Below, in pieces: positions 38,202 through 38,912 of a DNA stretch of 38,912 nt (positions are counted from its first letter, which is position 1; each line of letters opens with the position of its first letter). Below the pieces are notes generated by a model. The model was not told the origin of the DNA. It saw only the letters and a program-made list of their open reading frames with translations, and did no database searches. A program made the translations under genes and the position numbers. The DNA is from Geobacter sp. (GTDB taxonomy: Bacteria > Myxococcota_A > UBA9160 > JADFDR01): the NCBI GenBank assembly GCA_018262735.1, contig JADFDR010000003.1, positions 1-38,912 on the forward strand, given 5' to 3'.

Positions 38202-38912
38202 CGCGACCGTGACACGATCCTATTCGAATTCAGGCGTGCGGATCAAGTTTCTCGCGCAAGCAACGGGTGGTGCTCCATCTTTTTTCCGAATTCTTCTGAA
38301 TTTTTATCTGCAAGAAGTCAACCAATTCCACAACAAATCCGATAGGCTTGCAGCCAAACTCTGCGATTAAGGAAAGGATCAAAAATTTCGCAGGGTGTTT
38401 AAAACTTTTGCGGTTCTGCCTTTCCGCTCCCAAAAGGCCTTATTGCAAGACGCAAGAATTTAGAAAACAAGAACCATTGGCAGGACTCGCGGGCATCGAA
38501 TTCCAATCTCAATCATGGGGTGCTCGGCGCAAAAAGCGCATGAGGGAATTCGAAAAACTGAAAAGTAAGTAAGGGAAAACAAGGGGCGTTCGAAACGAAC
38601 GAAATTTTAATGGAGACCCTCACTCCGCTTTTCAGCACGATGCAGGCGATTCCGCGTAAGTAAAAAACAATTTTGTGCGAGCTCAATTTTACGAATCATG
38701 AGTCGGAACAATCCAATGAGAAATTTTCCTCCGTCCGTCGAGAAGAAGATGCTTCTTCGCGGATTCCCCTGGAGCGTACGTATGCCTGACATTGGGGCAC
38801 GCTGACGCTCGTCTCTCCGCAATTTCTCATGACACGATGATTGGCTCGCGCTAACGCCGCAGCAAACGGTTCACACGCCTCGAAGGAGGATCGTGTTTCG
38901 AATGCCGTGAGC

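Noticed and set aside
38478-38506. tRNA 3'-end remnant (TGGCAGGACTCGCGGGCATCGAA)
   Set aside because: The T-stem arms do not pair and no anticodon or D arm follows

Overview
The window is ordinary bacterial chromosome with moderately high GC. Gene order and protein sequences look Myxococcota/deltaproteobacterial (inference, no search run). The right half is a minus-strand housekeeping block: HNH nuclease, MinD/FlhG-like ATPase, J-like/HTH protein, rluD, pgeF, rho, rpmE, prfA, prmC, murA, hisD, hisB, hisH, an inserted lipoprotein, hisA, hisF, rpsU, dnaG, rpoD. The left half holds a citramalate/isopropylmalate synthase, two unknown lipoproteins, a predicted outer-membrane beta-barrel, a large S8 peptidase, glcDEF, a TPR-zincin protein, a TetR regulator, tRNA-Ile2(CAT) and a ferredoxin-NADP reductase-like gene. 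Three signals are not explained by the gene calls. (1) Six dispersed copies of a ~110-bp intergenic element with terminal inverted repeats (MITE-like). Its internal 15-mer is better conserved than its ends; two copies abut stop codons and one apparently supplies the rluD ribosome-binding site. (2) A complete-looking Ile-codon leader peptide / antiterminator / terminator attenuator upstream of the citramalate synthase gene. (3) Several uncharacterised protein modules: a subtilase with a helical N-terminal domain next to a beta-barrel, an ATPase paired with an HPD-less J/HTH protein, and tandem lipoproteins. No CRISPR array, transposase, integrase or rRNA was seen.
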